A stretch of DNA of 49,791 nucleotides from an uncultured Muribaculaceae bacterium. Lineage in GTDB: Bacteria > Bacillota_I > Bacilli_A > RF39 > UBA660. Below the pieces are notes generated by a model. The model was given only the letters and a program-made list of their open reading frames with translations. It was not told the DNA's origin and made no database searches. The stretch covers positions 1 to 49,791 of the forward strand of contig CAYXLG010000003.1 in assembly GCA_964465805.1 (NCBI GenBank), given 5' to 3'. This document shows, piece by piece, positions 1 to 9,087 of this stretch (its first letter is position 1; every line of letters begins with the position of its first letter). The position numbers and the translations under genes are program-made.

Positions 1-437
1 TTTAATAATCTTAATTTATTTGAAATTGTAGATTGATTACGATCTAATTTTACAGCTAGACCCTCTTGATTTAAATAACCCATATCTAATATTTTTTTAT
101 ATGATATAGCTTCTTCGATTGGGGTCAAATCTTTTCTTTGAATATTTTCAATTAAAGCAACTTCAGCGCTTTTTTTATCATCTAAATTATTTATTATTGC
201 AGGAATTTTTTCTTTTCCGGCAATTGCACTTGCTTTATATCTTCTTTCACCAGCAATAATCTCATATTTATCACCAATCTCTCTAACTAAAATTGGTTGA
301 ATTACGCCGTGCTCCTTAATTGAACCAGCTAGTTCATTAATCGCTTTTTCATCAAATTTTATTCTTGGTTGAAATCTATTAGGTAAAATATCATCAAGAT
401 TCAATTCTACAACTTTTTTTTCTTTCCCCTCGTTCAT
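1..437 (-). CDS. noc: ParB/Noc-family DNA-binding protein, N-terminal part (3' end runs off the window)
   Basis: Open-ended minus-strand ORF, not in the track. ATG at 437-435 is preceded by GGAGGT. My translation is MNEGKEKKVVELNLDDILPNRFQPRIKFDEKAINELAGSIKEHGVIQPILVREIGDKYEIIAGERRYKAS...IENIQRKDLTPIEEA...QSTISNKLRLLK. GERR and ENIQR are ParB motifs. PNRFQPR and QSTIxNKLRLL resemble Bacillus Noc more than Spo0J, and the position right after rsmG fits noc. It could instead be the sole ParB. Confidence 0.6.
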   Translation of the reverse strand, partial: MNEGKEKKVVELNLDDILPNRFQPRIKFDEKAINELAGSIKEHGVIQPILVREIGDKYEIIAGERRYKASAIAGKEKIPAIINNLDDKKSAEVALIENIQRKDLTPIEEAISYKKILDMGYLNQEGLAVKLDRNQSTISNKLRLL

Positions 438-498
438 TTCGTACCTCCTATTTATTCTTTATAGATATATAATACTATATTTAAATAAATAAAACAAC

Positions 499-526
499 TT
501 TTTTTGGGAAATATTTCCCAAAAAAA
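499..526. terminator. Perfect palindrome T7-GGGAAAT/ATTTCCC-A7, likely a bidirectional intrinsic terminator after rsmG
   Basis: tttttttgggaaatatttcccaaaaaaa read directly. It lies 25 nt downstream of the rsmG stop. Confidence 0.5.
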
Positions 527-550
527 ATATAAAGTGGATTGTATCACACT

Positions 551-1264
551 TTATAAAGGGTTGTTTTTTATTTTATTAAATTTTCTTGGATAAACTTTAG
601 ATGTTTTTCCTTTCTTTTCTACTAATATTAAACTCCTTGTACTATTTTCAATTGGTAATTTAAATTCAATAATATCCTTTACTTCACTGTTTAATTTTTT
701 TAATGCTGTTTTAGATAAAATTATTTCCTGGGAAATATTTCCCTTCATTGCTACAAAAAAATTATCCTTTTTTACAATTGGAATGCAATATTCCAACAAA
801 ATATTAAGTGGTGCGACTGCCCGTGCAGTAACCACATCAAATAAATCTTTATTTTTTTGACCAAAATCCTCAATTCGACTATGGATAACATTTATATTTT
901 TAAGTTCTAATTTATTAATAACTTCAGTTAAAAATGTTATTCTTTTCATTAAAGAATCAATTAATGTAACTTCTAGGTGAGGAAATAATATTTTTATTAC
1001 AATCCCAGGAAATCCAGCACCCGACCCTACATCACATAATGTTTGTTTTTCATAAAAATTAATAATTTTAACAATAGTAGCTGAATCATAAAAATGTTTT
1101 AAATATACATCATCTTTTTTAGTTATACCAGTTAAATTAATTTTTTGATTCCACTCAATTAATAATTCATAATATTTTTGGAATTGTTTTAATTGATACT
1201 CAGTTAAATTGATTCCAAGTTCACTAATACAATTTAAAAATTCTTGCTCACTCATTTTTTTCAC
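551..1264 (-). CDS. rsmG: 16S rRNA (guanine527-N7)-methyltransferase RsmG (GidB)
   Basis: 237-aa ORF with the SAM motif DVGSGAGFPG. It follows mnmG as in the conserved gidA-gidB pair. Confidence 0.9.
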   Translation of the reverse strand: MKKMSEQEFLNCISELGINLTEYQLKQFQKYYELLIEWNQKINLTGITKKDDVYLKHFYDSATIVKIINFYEKQTLCDVGSGAGFPGIVIKILFPHLEVTLIDSLMKRITFLTEVINKLELKNINVIHSRIEDFGQKNKDLFDVVTARAVAPLNILLEYCIPIVKKDNFFVAMKGNISQEIILSKTALKKLNSEVKDIIEFKLPIENSTRSLILVEKKGKTSKVYPRKFNKIKNNPL

Positions 1265-3116
1265 CTTTTTTTAAATAAACCATAAGAATAGATATATCTG
1301 ATGGATTAACTCCGCTAATTCTCAAGGCTTGACCAAGTGATGTTGGTCTGATTTGGTTTAATTTTTGAATTGCTTCATTAGCTAAATTATGAATTTTATT
1401 ATAATCAATGTTATCTGGAATTTTTTTCATTTCTAGTTTCAACATTTTCTCAGCTTCTTTGATTGCTTTATTAATATAACCTTCATATTTAATTGTGATT
1501 TCAACTTGCTCAATTATTTCCCTTTCAAACTGAATTTTAATAAATTTTTCCATTTTGGAAAGATTTATTTCAGGTCTCTTTAATAAATCATACATTGTTA
1601 TACCATCTTTTATTGGGGATGAATTGATACTTTTTAAATATGAGTTTACTTCTTTTGTTGGGGTTATTTTGTTGTTTTTTAACAATTCTTTTAATTTGTT
1701 TATATTATTAAGTTTTATTTGAAATTTATTATATCTACTTTCATCAATTAAACCAACTTCATATCCCTTTTGTCTCAATCTTATATCAGCATTATCATGT
1801 CTTAATAATAAACGATACTCAGCCCTTGAAGTAAGAAGACGATACGGATCTGTAACACCTTTTGTTACTAAATCATCAATTAATACTCCAATATAAGCTT
1901 CATTTCTCTTAAGTATTAAAGGTTCCTTTCCTTCTAACTTTAAGGCAGCATTAATTCCTGCTATCAATCCTTGACAAGCTGCTTCTTCATAACCACTTGT
2001 ACCATTAATTTGACCGGCTGTATATAAATTTTCTATTATTTTAGTTTCTAAGTTTTGCTTTATTTGAGTTGGATTTATTGCATCATACTCAATGGCATAA
2101 GCATACTTTAAAATTTTAGCTTTTTCTAATCCTTCAATACTATGAACTAACTTTTCTTGAATATCATATGGCATACTTGTAGATAAACCTTGAATATAAA
2201 TATCGTCATAATATCTACTTTCAGGTTCTAAAAAGATTTGATGACGCTCCTTATCTTTAAATCTAACAACTTTATCTTCAATTGAAGGACAATAACGTGG
2301 ACCAACACTTATAATATCATCTAATCCTCCATACATACTAGATTTATTTAAATTTTCATTAATAATTTGATGAGTTTTATGATTTGTGTAAGTCAAATAA
2401 CACGGTTCTTGTTTTTCTAAATCGTAATCATAATAAATATCATGATTAAAACTTAAGTGATAAGGGTCACCTTTTTCAACTTTTGTTTTTCTAAAATCAA
2501 TTGAATTTCGATCAATTCTTGGTGGGGTACCCGTTTTTAGACGAATAATTTCAAATCCTAAATTCCTTAAACTATTACTTAAATAAAGACTTGGTTCTTC
2601 ATCGTGAGGGCCTTTTCTAGTTCTAGTGCTACCAATTAAAACATCTGATTTTAAATAAGTTCCTGTTGTTAATATCACAATTTTTCCTGTTATAATACTT
2701 TTATCTTTTAAAACAATTCCTTTGATTTTATTATTCTCAATTATTAAATCTTCAACCATTCCTTCCAAAAGTTCTAAATTATCTTGTTTTTTTAAACTTT
2801 TCATCATTTCTTTTGGGTAAATTATTTTATCTATTTGAGCTCGTAATGCCTGAACTGCCGGACCTTTTTTATCATTTAATTTTTTAATTTGGATTTGTGA
2901 GAGGTCTGCTAATTTACCCATCTCACCACCTAAAGCATCTATTTCCCTAACAACTACTCCCTTTGCACTTCCGCCAAGAGATGGATTACATGCCATATCA
3001 GCAATATTGTTTATATTACTTGTTATTAATAAAGTTTTATGATTTTTTCGTGCGGACGCTAGAGCGGCTTCACAACCGGCATGACCTGCACCTACAACAA
3101 TTATTTCATAGTCCAT
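1248..3116 (-). CDS. mnmG: tRNA uridine-5-carboxymethylaminomethyl modification enzyme MnmG (GidA)
   Basis: 622 aa with the N-terminal FAD fold VVGAGHAGCEAA and typical GidA length and synteny. Confidence 0.95.
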   Translation of the reverse strand: MDYEIIVVGAGHAGCEAALASARKNHKTLLITSNINNIADMACNPSLGGSAKGVVVREIDALGGEMGKLADLSQIQIKKLNDKKGPAVQALRAQIDKIIYPKEMMKSLKKQDNLELLEGMVEDLIIENNKIKGIVLKDKSIITGKIVILTTGTYLKSDVLIGSTRTRKGPHDEEPSLYLSNSLRNLGFEIIRLKTGTPPRIDRNSIDFRKTKVEKGDPYHLSFNHDIYYDYDLEKQEPCYLTYTNHKTHQIINENLNKSSMYGGLDDIISVGPRYCPSIEDKVVRFKDKERHQIFLEPESRYYDDIYIQGLSTSMPYDIQEKLVHSIEGLEKAKILKYAYAIEYDAINPTQIKQNLETKIIENLYTAGQINGTSGYEEAACQGLIAGINAALKLEGKEPLILKRNEAYIGVLIDDLVTKGVTDPYRLLTSRAEYRLLLRHDNADIRLRQKGYEVGLIDESRYNKFQIKLNNINKLKELLKNNKITPTKEVNSYLKSINSSPIKDGITMYDLLKRPEINLSKMEKFIKIQFEREIIEQVEITIKYEGYINKAIKEAEKMLKLEMKKIPDNIDYNKIHNLANEAIQKLNQIRPTSLGQALRISGVNPSDISILMVYLKKGEKNE

Positions 3117-3206
3117 ATTTACACCTCCAACTACTTATTTTTTATCATACAAATTAAAAAAGATTAAGAAACCTTTTACCATAAACTATGATCTTAATTT
3201 CTTATA

Positions 3207-4562
3207 TTATTTTCCTAAGCAAAATTGTTTAAATAATTGGTCGATCAATTCGTCTTCATATGTTTCACCAATTATTTCACCTAGTTGTTGCCATATTCTT
3301 TTAAGATCTATTTCAATCATGTCAATGTATTCACAATTAGCAACACCGTTTTCAACATCTTCGATAATTTTTAATATATTTTTTAATATTGAAATACTTC
3401 TAGCATTTGTTAAATATGTCAAATCATGTGTAACAATTTTTTCAAGATTATATATTTTTTTAATACAATTTTTTAAATTATCAAAACCTATATCCTTAAT
3501 AGTACTCATAAAAACAATATTATCATTTTTTAAAAATTCTTCGTCTATTTTTCTATCTAAATCTATTTTATTAATTATAACGATATGGTTTTTGTTCTTT
3601 AATTTAGAAAGGATTGAAATATCTTCTTTTGTTATTTTTTCATTATTATTTAAAACATATAATATTAGGTCTGATTTATCAATTAATTCTAAACTCTTTT
3701 TTACTCCTAGACTTTCAACAACATCTTCGGTTTTTCTTATTCCTGCAGTGTCAATTATGTTTAAAAGTAATCCACCAATATTAAGTTTACCTTCTACAAT
3801 ATCTCTTGTTGTACCTGGAACATCAGTAACAATTGCTTTTTCCTCATCTATTAATTTGTTTAAAATACTACTTTTTCCAACATTGGGTTTACCTATTATA
3901 GCGGTTTTAATTCCTTCTTTTATTATCTTTCCATTTTCACTTTCTTCAAGTATTTTATTTATTTGATTTTTTATACTTTTTATATTGTTTTTTAAATCAT
4001 TAATAGTAACTTCTTCAATATCTTCATATTCAGGATAATCAATATTTACTTCAATATTAGCAATTATTTTAAGTATTTGTTGGCGAAGGTTTTTAATTAA
4101 ATTAGACACTTTTCCACCAACTTGATTTATAGCTAAAGCACGGGATTGCTCCGTTTTTGAATTTATTAAATCCATTACTCCTTCTGCTTCTATTAAATCT
4201 ATTCTACCATTTAAAAATGCTTGTTTTGTAAATTCACCAGGTTCAGCTAAGCGACATCCATTATTTAACAATGTTTCTAATATTCGATTAGTTGTAGTAA
4301 TTCCACCATGGCAATTAATTTCAACAATATTTTCTCTTGTAAAAGTTTTTGGAGCATACATTATTGAAACTAAAACTTCATCAATTATTTGATCACCATC
4401 TTTTATGTGACCATAATTAATTGTGTGTGAAGCAACCTTTTCTAGATCTTTACCTATAAAAACATTATTTACTATTTTAATTGCATCTTTACCACTGACA
4501 CGAACTATTGAAATTGCACCAATACCAAGTGCTGTTGATATTGCAGCAATTGTATCATTCAT
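3207..4562 (-). CDS. mnmE: tRNA modification GTPase MnmE (TrmE)
   Basis: 451 aa with G1 motif GKPNVGKSS, DTAGIR, and the C-terminal CxGK tail (FCLGK). Confidence 0.95.
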   Translation of the reverse strand: MNDTIAAISTALGIGAISIVRVSGKDAIKIVNNVFIGKDLEKVASHTINYGHIKDGDQIIDEVLVSIMYAPKTFTRENIVEINCHGGITTTNRILETLLNNGCRLAEPGEFTKQAFLNGRIDLIEAEGVMDLINSKTEQSRALAINQVGGKVSNLIKNLRQQILKIIANIEVNIDYPEYEDIEEVTINDLKNNIKSIKNQINKILEESENGKIIKEGIKTAIIGKPNVGKSSILNKLIDEEKAIVTDVPGTTRDIVEGKLNIGGLLLNIIDTAGIRKTEDVVESLGVKKSLELIDKSDLILYVLNNNEKITKEDISILSKLKNKNHIVIINKIDLDRKIDEEFLKNDNIVFMSTIKDIGFDNLKNCIKKIYNLEKIVTHDLTYLTNARSISILKNILKIIEDVENGVANCEYIDMIEIDLKRIWQQLGEIIGETYEDELIDQLFKQFCLGK

Positions 4563-4566
4563 ATTA

Positions 4567-5085
4567 TCACTCCGTCCTTGTATTTAGTCCTATTATTTTA
4601 AAATAAAGATGAAGTTCTTCTGGTCTTCTTAAAGCATTAAGCGAAACTATTTTATCAACTATTGTAACAATCCAACTCTCTAAATATTTGGGTGGTACTA
4701 TATTTAATGGAAACATATGCCTTAATATTATATCCTCTATTTTACAATTTAATAATGTTGGAAACTCTCGCCTAGAATTATTTAAAGCCTCCTGGGCATG
4801 TACAAAACCATGACTTTTAAAAAAATTTGTAGTTTTTTTACGATTAACCTTTCCATTAACTAACCATGGTTCATTATAAAAATCATGAAGTAAAGCACCA
4901 ATTGCTATACTATAATAGTCTAAATTAAATTTTTTGGCTAATTTATAAGATAAAATTGATACTTTTATTGAATGAATATATAATGTTTCACTACCATGAT
5001 GCTGATATGATCTTCGTTTTTGAAATTCGATATTTTTTAATATTGGTTTTACAATTTCATAATACTCTTTTTTGGCAAAAACCAT
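4567..5085 (-). CDS. HD-domain phosphohydrolase family protein
   Basis: 172 aa with an H...HD pattern (HSIKVS...LLHDF). It is tightly coupled upstream of mnmE. Confidence 0.6.
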   Translation of the reverse strand: MVFAKKEYYEIVKPILKNIEFQKRRSYQHHGSETLYIHSIKVSILSYKLAKKFNLDYYSIAIGALLHDFYNEPWLVNGKVNRKKTTNFFKSHGFVHAQEALNNSRREFPTLLNCKIEDIILRHMFPLNIVPPKYLESWIVTIVDKIVSLNALRRPEELHLYFKIIGLNTRTE

Positions 5086-5214
5086 TGTTTTCCTACCTCT
5101 CTAGGCCTAAGCACAATTTTACTCTATTTATTTTTTTATTAATTTGTCAATTTATATAAAATATATACATCAATTTTATAGTTGTATTCTACATCAAATA
5201 TAAACTATAGTCAA

Positions 5215-5255
5215 TGTTCAAAATAAAATCAATTATTTTAACAAAATAATTGATT
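5215..5255 (-). terminator. Intrinsic terminator after jag
   Basis: 13-bp stem aatcaattatttt/aaaataattgatt with loop aac, followed by a T-rich tract on the minus strand. Confidence 0.6.
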
Positions 5256-5262
5256 AGTTTTT

Positions 5263-5874
5263 TTATTCTTTATATTTTATTATTACAAACCTATTAGGTT
5301 CTTCACCATCACTAATAGTTTCTAATTTTTCAAAGGAACTTACAATTGTGTGAACAATTCTTCTTTTATAAGAATTCATAGGATCTAATTGTGCTTCTAT
5401 TTTTGTTTTCAAAACCTCTTTTGCTATTTTAGTTATTTCACGTTCAAAGTATTTTATCTTTTTGGATTTATAATTTGAAACATCTATATTAATTTTTATA
5501 TTAAAAGGTACGTTATTATTTAATGTTTGTTTAAGAAGCAATTGAATTGAATTTAATGTTTTTCCATCTTTCCCTATAATTATTGAATTATTAGAAGTTA
5601 ATAAGTTTATATTTAAAATTTCATCCCTTATTTTTATTTCACAATTTATATTTACATTCATTAAATCAGATAATTTAGTAAAATATTTTTTTATAAATAA
5701 GATTAAATCATCCTTTTTTAAAACATTTATTTCGTATTTTTTTATTTTAAATAATTTGCCCTCTGTTTCTTTATAAGAAATAAAAATTTCATTTTCAGTT
5801 ACCTCTAAGTTAGTAAGTGTTCTTTCTAATAATTCTTCCTTTGATTTTCCTTCAAAACTATGGATTTTTAACAT
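5263..5874 (-). CDS. khpB: RNA-binding protein Jag/KhpB (KH + R3H domains)
   Basis: 203 aa with a KH-like IIGKDGKTLNSIQ and a C-terminal R3H-like region (YKRRIVHTIV). It follows yidC as in spoIIIJ-jag. Confidence 0.85.
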   Translation of the reverse strand: MLKIHSFEGKSKEELLERTLTNLEVTENEIFISYKETEGKLFKIKKYEINVLKKDDLILFIKKYFTKLSDLMNVNINCEIKIRDEILNINLLTSNNSIIIGKDGKTLNSIQLLLKQTLNNNVPFNIKINIDVSNYKSKKIKYFEREITKIAKEVLKTKIEAQLDPMNSYKRRIVHTIVSSFEKLETISDGEEPNRFVIIKYKE

Positions 5875-6766
5875 TTTTATTACTTCCTTTCACAATTAGA
5901 TTTTGTACAATTGTAAAACCACTATTAAATATCCAATAAAGTCCAATTCCTGTAGGTAAATTAAAAGAGAATATTGATATCATTACTACCATTATATTTG
6001 TTGTCATTTTCATTTGGTTTTCTTGTTCTTCAGACATTGGTGCTGTTTTGTTAAGTTTAAATGAAAAATATGTAGATGATATAATTAAAATGATAAATAT
6101 TACATAATAATATTGATTAAGTCTAAATGCTTCTAATGGAGTTCTTCTTAACTCAAATAATTTTAAAAAGTTTTCTTCAAATAAAACAGGTAATCGATTT
6201 ATAGCCTCAAAAAATGCGAAGAATAAAGGAATTTGAATAATAGCAAATAAACACCCAGATAACGGTTTTATATTATATTTTTTATAAATTAATAATTGTT
6301 CCTGACTTTTTTGCATTAATGATTCACGATCATTTTTATTTTCATATTTCTTATTTAATTTTTCTATTTCAGGTTGTGCTTTACTCATATTTACCGATTG
6401 AGCAGTTGTTTTAGCTGTTATTGGTAATACTAATATTCTTAATAACAGTGTTACTGAAATAATAGCAAAACCGTAACTATTTAATGTTTGCCCAACTTTC
6501 AATAGTAAAAGTGCTAATGGTTTTACAAAAACTGTCGTCCACAGACCTTCATACCCACCATCTGTTATTTTAAATTGTGAACATGATTTTAAATTTTTAA
6601 TATCTATATTATTTTTTTTGTATATTTCTATAGTTTCTTGTTTTTCTGGTCGACACAATATATTTTCAGTATATAATTTTCCTTCATAGTTAAAATTTTT
6701 TGTACAACCTGTTATTCCTAATAAAAATACTATCATTATTATTAATTTTATATATTTTTTATTCAT
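5858..6766 (-). CDS. yidC: Membrane protein insertase YidC/SpoIIIJ, lipoprotein form
   Basis: Lipobox LLGITGC and multiple TM segments. ATG at 6766 lies 9 nt after GGAGG; the track start at 6769 is a TTG one codon upstream. Confidence 0.9.
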   Translation of the reverse strand: MNKKYIKLIIMIVFLLGITGCTKNFNYEGKLYTENILCRPEKQETIEIYKKNNIDIKNLKSCSQFKITDGGYEGLWTTVFVKPLALLLLKVGQTLNSYGFAIISVTLLLRILVLPITAKTTAQSVNMSKAQPEIEKLNKKYENKNDRESLMQKSQEQLLIYKKYNIKPLSGCLFAIIQIPLFFAFFEAINRLPVLFEENFLKLFELRRTPLEAFRLNQYYYVIFIILIISSTYFSFKLNKTAPMSEEQENQMKMTTNIMVVMISIFSFNLPTGIGLYWIFNSGFTIVQNLIVKGSNKNVKNP

Positions 6767-6781
6767 CAATAATTACCTCCA

Positions 6782-7111
6782 TCAATCTAATATATCTAAT
6801 TTTTTTAGAGAATTATTTACATCATTTTCTATTTCTTTAAATGTTTTAGTAATTATTCCTCTATTAACCATTATAATACAATTAAAACCATTTTGATAGT
6901 TATTTTTTGAAATTATTTCTTTTAATTGCCTTTTTATTTTGTTGCGTTTTACAGCAATGCCAATTTTTTTACCAACTGAAAACCCGAAAAAATAATTTTC
7001 TTCGGTTATTCGCTCTATATAAAAACTTAAGTATTTATAACGATATGGTTTAAAAGTTTTTATAATTCTATTAAAATCCTCATTTTTTTGTAAAATATTT
7101 TTTTTCTTCAT
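6782..7111 (-). CDS. rnpA: Ribonuclease P protein component
   Basis: Basic protein with KAVKRNKIKRQLKE (RNR-like motif), downstream of rpmH. The start is chosen at MKKKNIL (GGAG 6 nt upstream) rather than the track start at 7138. Confidence 0.85.
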   Translation of the reverse strand: MKKKNILQKNEDFNRIIKTFKPYRYKYLSFYIERITEENYFFGFSVGKKIGIAVKRNKIKRQLKEIISKNNYQNGFNCIIMVNRGIITKTFKEIENDVNNSLKKLDILD

Positions 7112-7154
7112 AATATTCTCCATAAAATAAAACACCACTATTATAGTAGTGTTT

Positions 7155-7277
7155 TTAACGTGATAAAACCTTACGTCCTTTTTTACGTCTTCTATTTATA
7201 ATATTAGTTTTCATACGAGCAAAAAAACCATGTTTTCTACTTTTTCTTCTTTTGTTTGATTGATAAGTTCTTTTCAT
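7155..7277 (-). CDS. rpmH: 50S ribosomal protein L34
   Basis: Not in the track (40 aa). Hand translation is [40 protein letters not shown], with AGGAGGTGG upstream. Confidence 0.9.
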   Translation of the reverse strand: MKRTYQSNKRRKSRKHGFFARMKTNIINRRRKKGRKVLSR

Positions 7278-7346
7278 TCTTCCACCTCCTGAACTAATTC
7301 ACATTTGCTGATATAATTATATATATGTTTTTTTCATTTGTCAAAC

Positions 7347-7515
7347 ATGTCCACATAAAAATGTTAATAACTTCTTCATTTTTTTAATTTATTATTAAGG
7401 TTTTATGTGTTTTCCACATTTTTGTGGAAAACTATTTTATTCTTTTTGTTAATAATATATTTTTATTCACATTTTTGTGGAAAACATTGTTTTTAAAAGA
7501 TTTTATTGTGGAAAA
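7347..7515. promoter_or_regulatory. oriC left arm: DnaA-box cluster upstream of dnaA
   Basis: Boxes read directly: tgtccaca 7348-7355, ttttccaca 7410-7418, tgtggaaaa 7423-7431, ttattcaca 7463-7471, tgtggaaaa 7476-7484, tgtggaaaa 7507-7515. Consensus is TTATCCACA. Two pairs are inverted repeats with a TTTT spacer. Confidence 0.85.
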
Positions 7516-7583
7516 GTCGTTTTCACTTGGTTTTTTATTGTTTTTGTTGTAAAATAAACTTAGTTAATTAGTTAGGTGGTGGA

Positions 7584-8939
7584 ATGATGGAAATAAATAG
7601 TATATGGAATAATTTTTTAGAAAAAGTCCAAAAGAATCTAGCACCTATGTTATACGAAGCATGGTTTGCTGAAACTAAATTGATTTCATTAGATAATAAT
7701 AAAGCAACGGTGTTAGTTCCAATGCTAATTCATAAAAAACATTTGAAAGAAAATTATAATACTTTAATTGAAACTATATTTAATGAAGTAACTGGCTCTA
7801 ATTTTATTTTTGAATATTTAACAGATGAAGATATCGAAAAAATTAAAGATAAAGAAATTTTCTTATCAGATGAGGAAATCTCCGAACCGTTTCAATCAAA
7901 TTTGAATCCTAAATATTTATTTGAAAATTTTGTGGTTGGAGATAGTAATAAATTTGCAAAAACAACTGCTATAGCAGTTGCAGAAAAACCAGGTTTTATG
8001 TATAATCCTTTATTTATATATAGTAATAGTGGACTTGGTAAAACTCATTTAATGCATGCAATTGGAAATTATATTGTTCAAAACAGTAAGAAAAAAGTAT
8101 TATATGTTACCAGCGAACAATTTGTTAATGATTTTATCGAATTGTATAGAAAAAACAAAAATAATAATAATTTTAAAGAAGTAGAAAGGTTTAAAAAGAA
8201 GTACAGAGATGTTGATGTTTTAATGATTGATGATATACAATATCTAGAAATTGCTAACAAAACACAACAAGAATTTTTTAATACATTTAATGAACTCCAT
8301 ACTAATAATAAACAAATAATAATTTCTTCTGACAGATCCCCAGATGATTTAAAACAATTAGAAGACAGATTAAGAACTAGATTCACTTGGGGATTAATGG
8401 TAGATATTATGCCTCCTAATTTTGAACTTAGGCTTTCAATTATTGAGAAAAAAATTGAAGGGCATGCTTTAAATACTAATTTCCCACAAGATGTTAAAGA
8501 ATATATTGCAAGTAATTGTATTGGTGATATTAGAAAATTAGAAGGTGCAATTACCCGTGTAGTTGCATATGCCACGATGATGAACGGCTCTGATATAACA
8601 TTAGAGTTAGCTATTGAAGCTTTAAAAGATTATATAGGAAAATGTATGGTTTCAAAAAATAATATAGAGAAAGTACAACAATTAGTTGCAAATGCTTATA
8701 ATATAACTATTGAAGAGTTAAAAGGAAAAAGAAGAATTGCGGCAATTGCTGTTCCTAGGCAAGTAGCGATGTATATTTGTAGAACTGTATATAATGAACC
8801 TCTTACAAAAATCGGATTATTATTTGGTGGAAGGGATCATACCACTGTTATACATTCTGTCGATAAAATTAAAAAAGAATTAATTAATGACATTAATTTA
8901 GATAAAGAAATAAAAAAAATTATTAGAAATTTAAATTAA
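7584..8939 (+). CDS. dnaA: Chromosomal replication initiator protein DnaA
   Basis: 451 aa with Walker A GLGKTHL, the AAA+ region, and the C-terminal DnaA signature (GGRDHTTVIHS). Confidence 0.97.
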   Translation: MMEINSIWNNFLEKVQKNLAPMLYEAWFAETKLISLDNNKATVLVPMLIHKKHLKENYNTLIETIFNEVTGSNFIFEYLTDEDIEKIKDKEIFLSDEEISEPFQSNLNPKYLFENFVVGDSNKFAKTTAIAVAEKPGFMYNPLFIYSNSGLGKTHLMHAIGNYIVQNSKKKVLYVTSEQFVNDFIELYRKNKNNNNFKEVERFKKKYRDVDVLMIDDIQYLEIANKTQQEFFNTFNELHTNNKQIIISSDRSPDDLKQLEDRLRTRFTWGLMVDIMPPNFELRLSIIEKKIEGHALNTNFPQDVKEYIASNCIGDIRKLEGAITRVVAYATMMNGSDITLELAIEALKDYIGKCMVSKNNIEKVQQLVANAYNITIEELKGKRRIAAIAVPRQVAMYICRTVYNEPLTKIGLLFGGRDHTTVIHSVDKIKKELINDINLDKEIKKIIRNLN

Positions 8940-8941
8940 TT

Positions 8942-9080
8942 TGTGGATAAATTATTATATAAAAAAGTTTTCCACAATATAAAAACAACGTTTTTTGTAT
9001 TTAATTAAAGGAAATTATTCGATTTTCCACATTATCCACATATATAATAATAATATAATAAACAAAAAATATAAAAAGGA
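8942..9080. promoter_or_regulatory. oriC right arm: DnaA boxes plus an AT-rich unwinding candidate between dnaA and dnaN
   Basis: tgtggataa 8942-8950 (perfect), ttttccaca 8968-8976, ttttccaca 9023-9031, and the abutting ttatccaca 9032-9040 (perfect). An almost pure A/T run follows at 9041-9075. Confidence 0.8.
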
Positions 9081-9087
9081 GAGTTTT

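Noticed and set aside
3319-3966. 215-aa plus-strand ORF antisense to mnmE. Similar long antisense ORFs occur at 8078-8575, 13189-13518, 15220-15534, 15661-16086, 18343-18663, 19327-19617, 26638-26937, 29061-29333, 33520-34030, 38401-38760 and 44963-45256.
   Set aside because: Each lies wholly inside a well-supported conserved gene on the other strand. Their products are low-complexity Ser/Ile/Leu/Phe-rich strings typical of the reverse frame of AT-rich coding DNA. None has an RBS.
8995-9087. N-terminal extension of dnaN proposed by the track. Analogous extensions occur at 16765 for tadA, 33750 for rsmA, 38755 for the hypothetical gene, 40045 for the yutG-like gene, 41189 for yugI, 43273 for agrA and 30349 for metG.
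   Set aside because: The extensions run across DnaA boxes, the SRP RNA, terminators or promoters, and they lack an RBS. Internal starts with good Shine-Dalgarno sequences match the expected family N-termini.
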